DNA of 64,000 bases from Eledone cirrhosa (lineage: Eukaryota): contig OZ024757.1 in assembly GCA_964016885.1 (NCBI GenBank), forward strand, positions 35,712,001-35,776,000, in the 5' to 3' direction. The notes beneath the pieces were generated by a model. That model had not been told where the DNA came from and searched no databases. It saw only the letters and a list, made by a program, of their open reading frames with translations. The translations under genes and the position numbers were made by a program. Shown piece by piece: positions 62,601 to 64,000 of this stretch; the stretch's first letter is position 1; each line of letters begins with the position of its first letter.

Positions 62601-64000
62601 AAGGGCAGATATGTCCATAACATTACATGACAATTATTAGCCCCAAGGGCAGATATGTCCATAACATTACATGACAGACTTTCATCTCGCGCTCTCTCTC
62701 TCTCGTTTCATCTCGCCCTCTCTCTCTTCCTCTCTCTCGTTTCATCTCGCTCTCTCTCTCGTTTCATCTCGCGCTCTCTCTCTTCCTCTCTCTCGTTTCA
62801 TCTCGCTCTCTCTCTCTCTCGTTTCATCTTTGTCTTCCTCTCTCTCGTTCCATTTCTCTCTTCCTCTCTCACTCGTTCCATCTCTCTCTCGTTTCATCTA
62901 GCTCTCACTCTCTCGTTTCATCTCGCTCTCTCGTTTCATCTCTATCTCCCTCGTTTCATCTGTCTCTCTCTCTGTCGTTTCATCTCCCTCTATCTCTCTC
63001 TCGCTCTCTCGTTTTATCTCTCCCTCCCTCTCGTTTCATCTCGCTCTCTCACTCCTGTTTCATCTCGCTCTCTCTCTCCTGTTTCATCTCGCTCTCTACT
63101 CTCGTTCCATCTCTCTCTCGTTTCATCTAGCTCACACTCTCTCGTTTCATCTCGCTCTCTCTGTCTCGTTCCATCTCGCTCTTTCTGTCTCGTTTCATCT
63201 CGCTCTCTCTCTCTCATTTCATCTCGCTCACTCTCTCTCTCTCGTTTCATCTCACTCTCACTCTCTCATTTCATCTCGCTCGCTCTCTCTCTCTCGTTTC
63301 ATCACGCGCTCTCTCTCTTCCTCTCTCTCTTTTCATCTCTCTCTCTCTCTCTCTCCTTTCATCTCTGTGTTCCTCTCTCTCGTTCCATCTCTCTCTTCCT
63401 CTCTCTCGTTCCATCTCTCTCTTCCTCTCTCTCGTTTCATCTCTCTCTCTCGTTTCATCTCTATCTCCCTCGTTTCATCTGTCTCTCTCTCTGTCGTTTC
63501 ATCTCCCTCTATCTCTCTCTCGCTCTCTCGTTTCATCTCTCTCTCCCTCTCGTTTCATCTCGCTCTCTCTCTCCTGTTTCATCTCGCTCTCTCTCTCTCC
63601 TGTTTCATCTCGCTCTCTACTCTCGTTTCCTCTCTCTCGTTTCCTCTCTCTCTCGTTTCCTCTCTCTCTCATTTCATGTAGCTCTCACTCTCTCGTTTCA
63701 TCTCGCTCTCTCACTCTCATTTCATCTCGCTCTCTCTCTCTCGTTTCATCTCGCTCTCTCTGTCTCGTTTCATCTCGCTCTCTCTCTCTCTCATTTCATC
63801 TCGCTCTCTCTGTCTCGTTTCATCCCGCTCTCTCTGTCTCGTTTCATCTCGCTCTCTCTCTCTCATTTCATCTCACTCTCTCTCTCTCATTTCATCTCGC
63901 TCTCTCTCTCTCGTTTCATCTCGCTCTCACTCTCTCATTTCATCTCGCTCTCTCTCTCTCGTTTGATCTCGCTCTCACTCTCTCTTCCTCTTTCTCTCTT
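59628..64000 (+). repeat. Hierarchical composite satellite, block 5 (forward; runs off the window)
   Basis: 46-bp arrays at about 59628-60134, 60787-61059 and 62404-62678. Confidence 0.95.

Noticed and set aside
548-62678. 46-bp repeat arrays as a CRISPR-like locus
   Set aside because: Units are directly adjacent with no unique spacers, there are no cas genes, and the context is eukaryotic.
443-63681. Long Ser/Leu-rich and Arg/Glu-rich ORFs (up to 740 aa)
   Set aside because: Translations of stop-poor (CT)n/(GA)n satellite, open in several overlapping frames, with no domain features.

Overview
Eukaryotic, repeat-saturated, heterochromatin-like DNA with no intact protein-coding or RNA gene. 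The tRNA-derived SINEs look cephalopod (octopus)-like; this is an inference from pattern recognition. About 36 kb is one hierarchical satellite (blocks 1-5225 +, 7014-16929 -, 16930-27985 +, 54049-59627 -, 59628-64000 +). Each module is a CT-rich block of (CT)n-GTTTCAT words, a fixed linker, a short array of a 46-bp repeat and a distinctive terminal unit. Almost all ORFs in the track are artefacts of this low-complexity DNA. The rest is four copies of an internally deleted Helitron Rep-helicase, several CRE-like (RLE) retrotransposon 3' ends, a CR1-like LINE 3' end that gave rise to a 61-bp satellite, 55-, 41- and 34-bp tandem repeats, long inverted-repeat hAT-like elements centred on (TA)n, and nested segmental duplications. 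The most unusual signal is recurrent fold-back structure. The two head-to-head satellite inversion points (16917-16941 and 59616-59640) are exact reverse complements of one another. A duplication breakpoint at 31092-31947 is filled by nine 89-bp palindromic units that change orientation mid-array and end in a perfect 61-bp snap-back hairpin of Helitron sequence. All coordinates were read by eye and are approximate unless a sequence is quoted.
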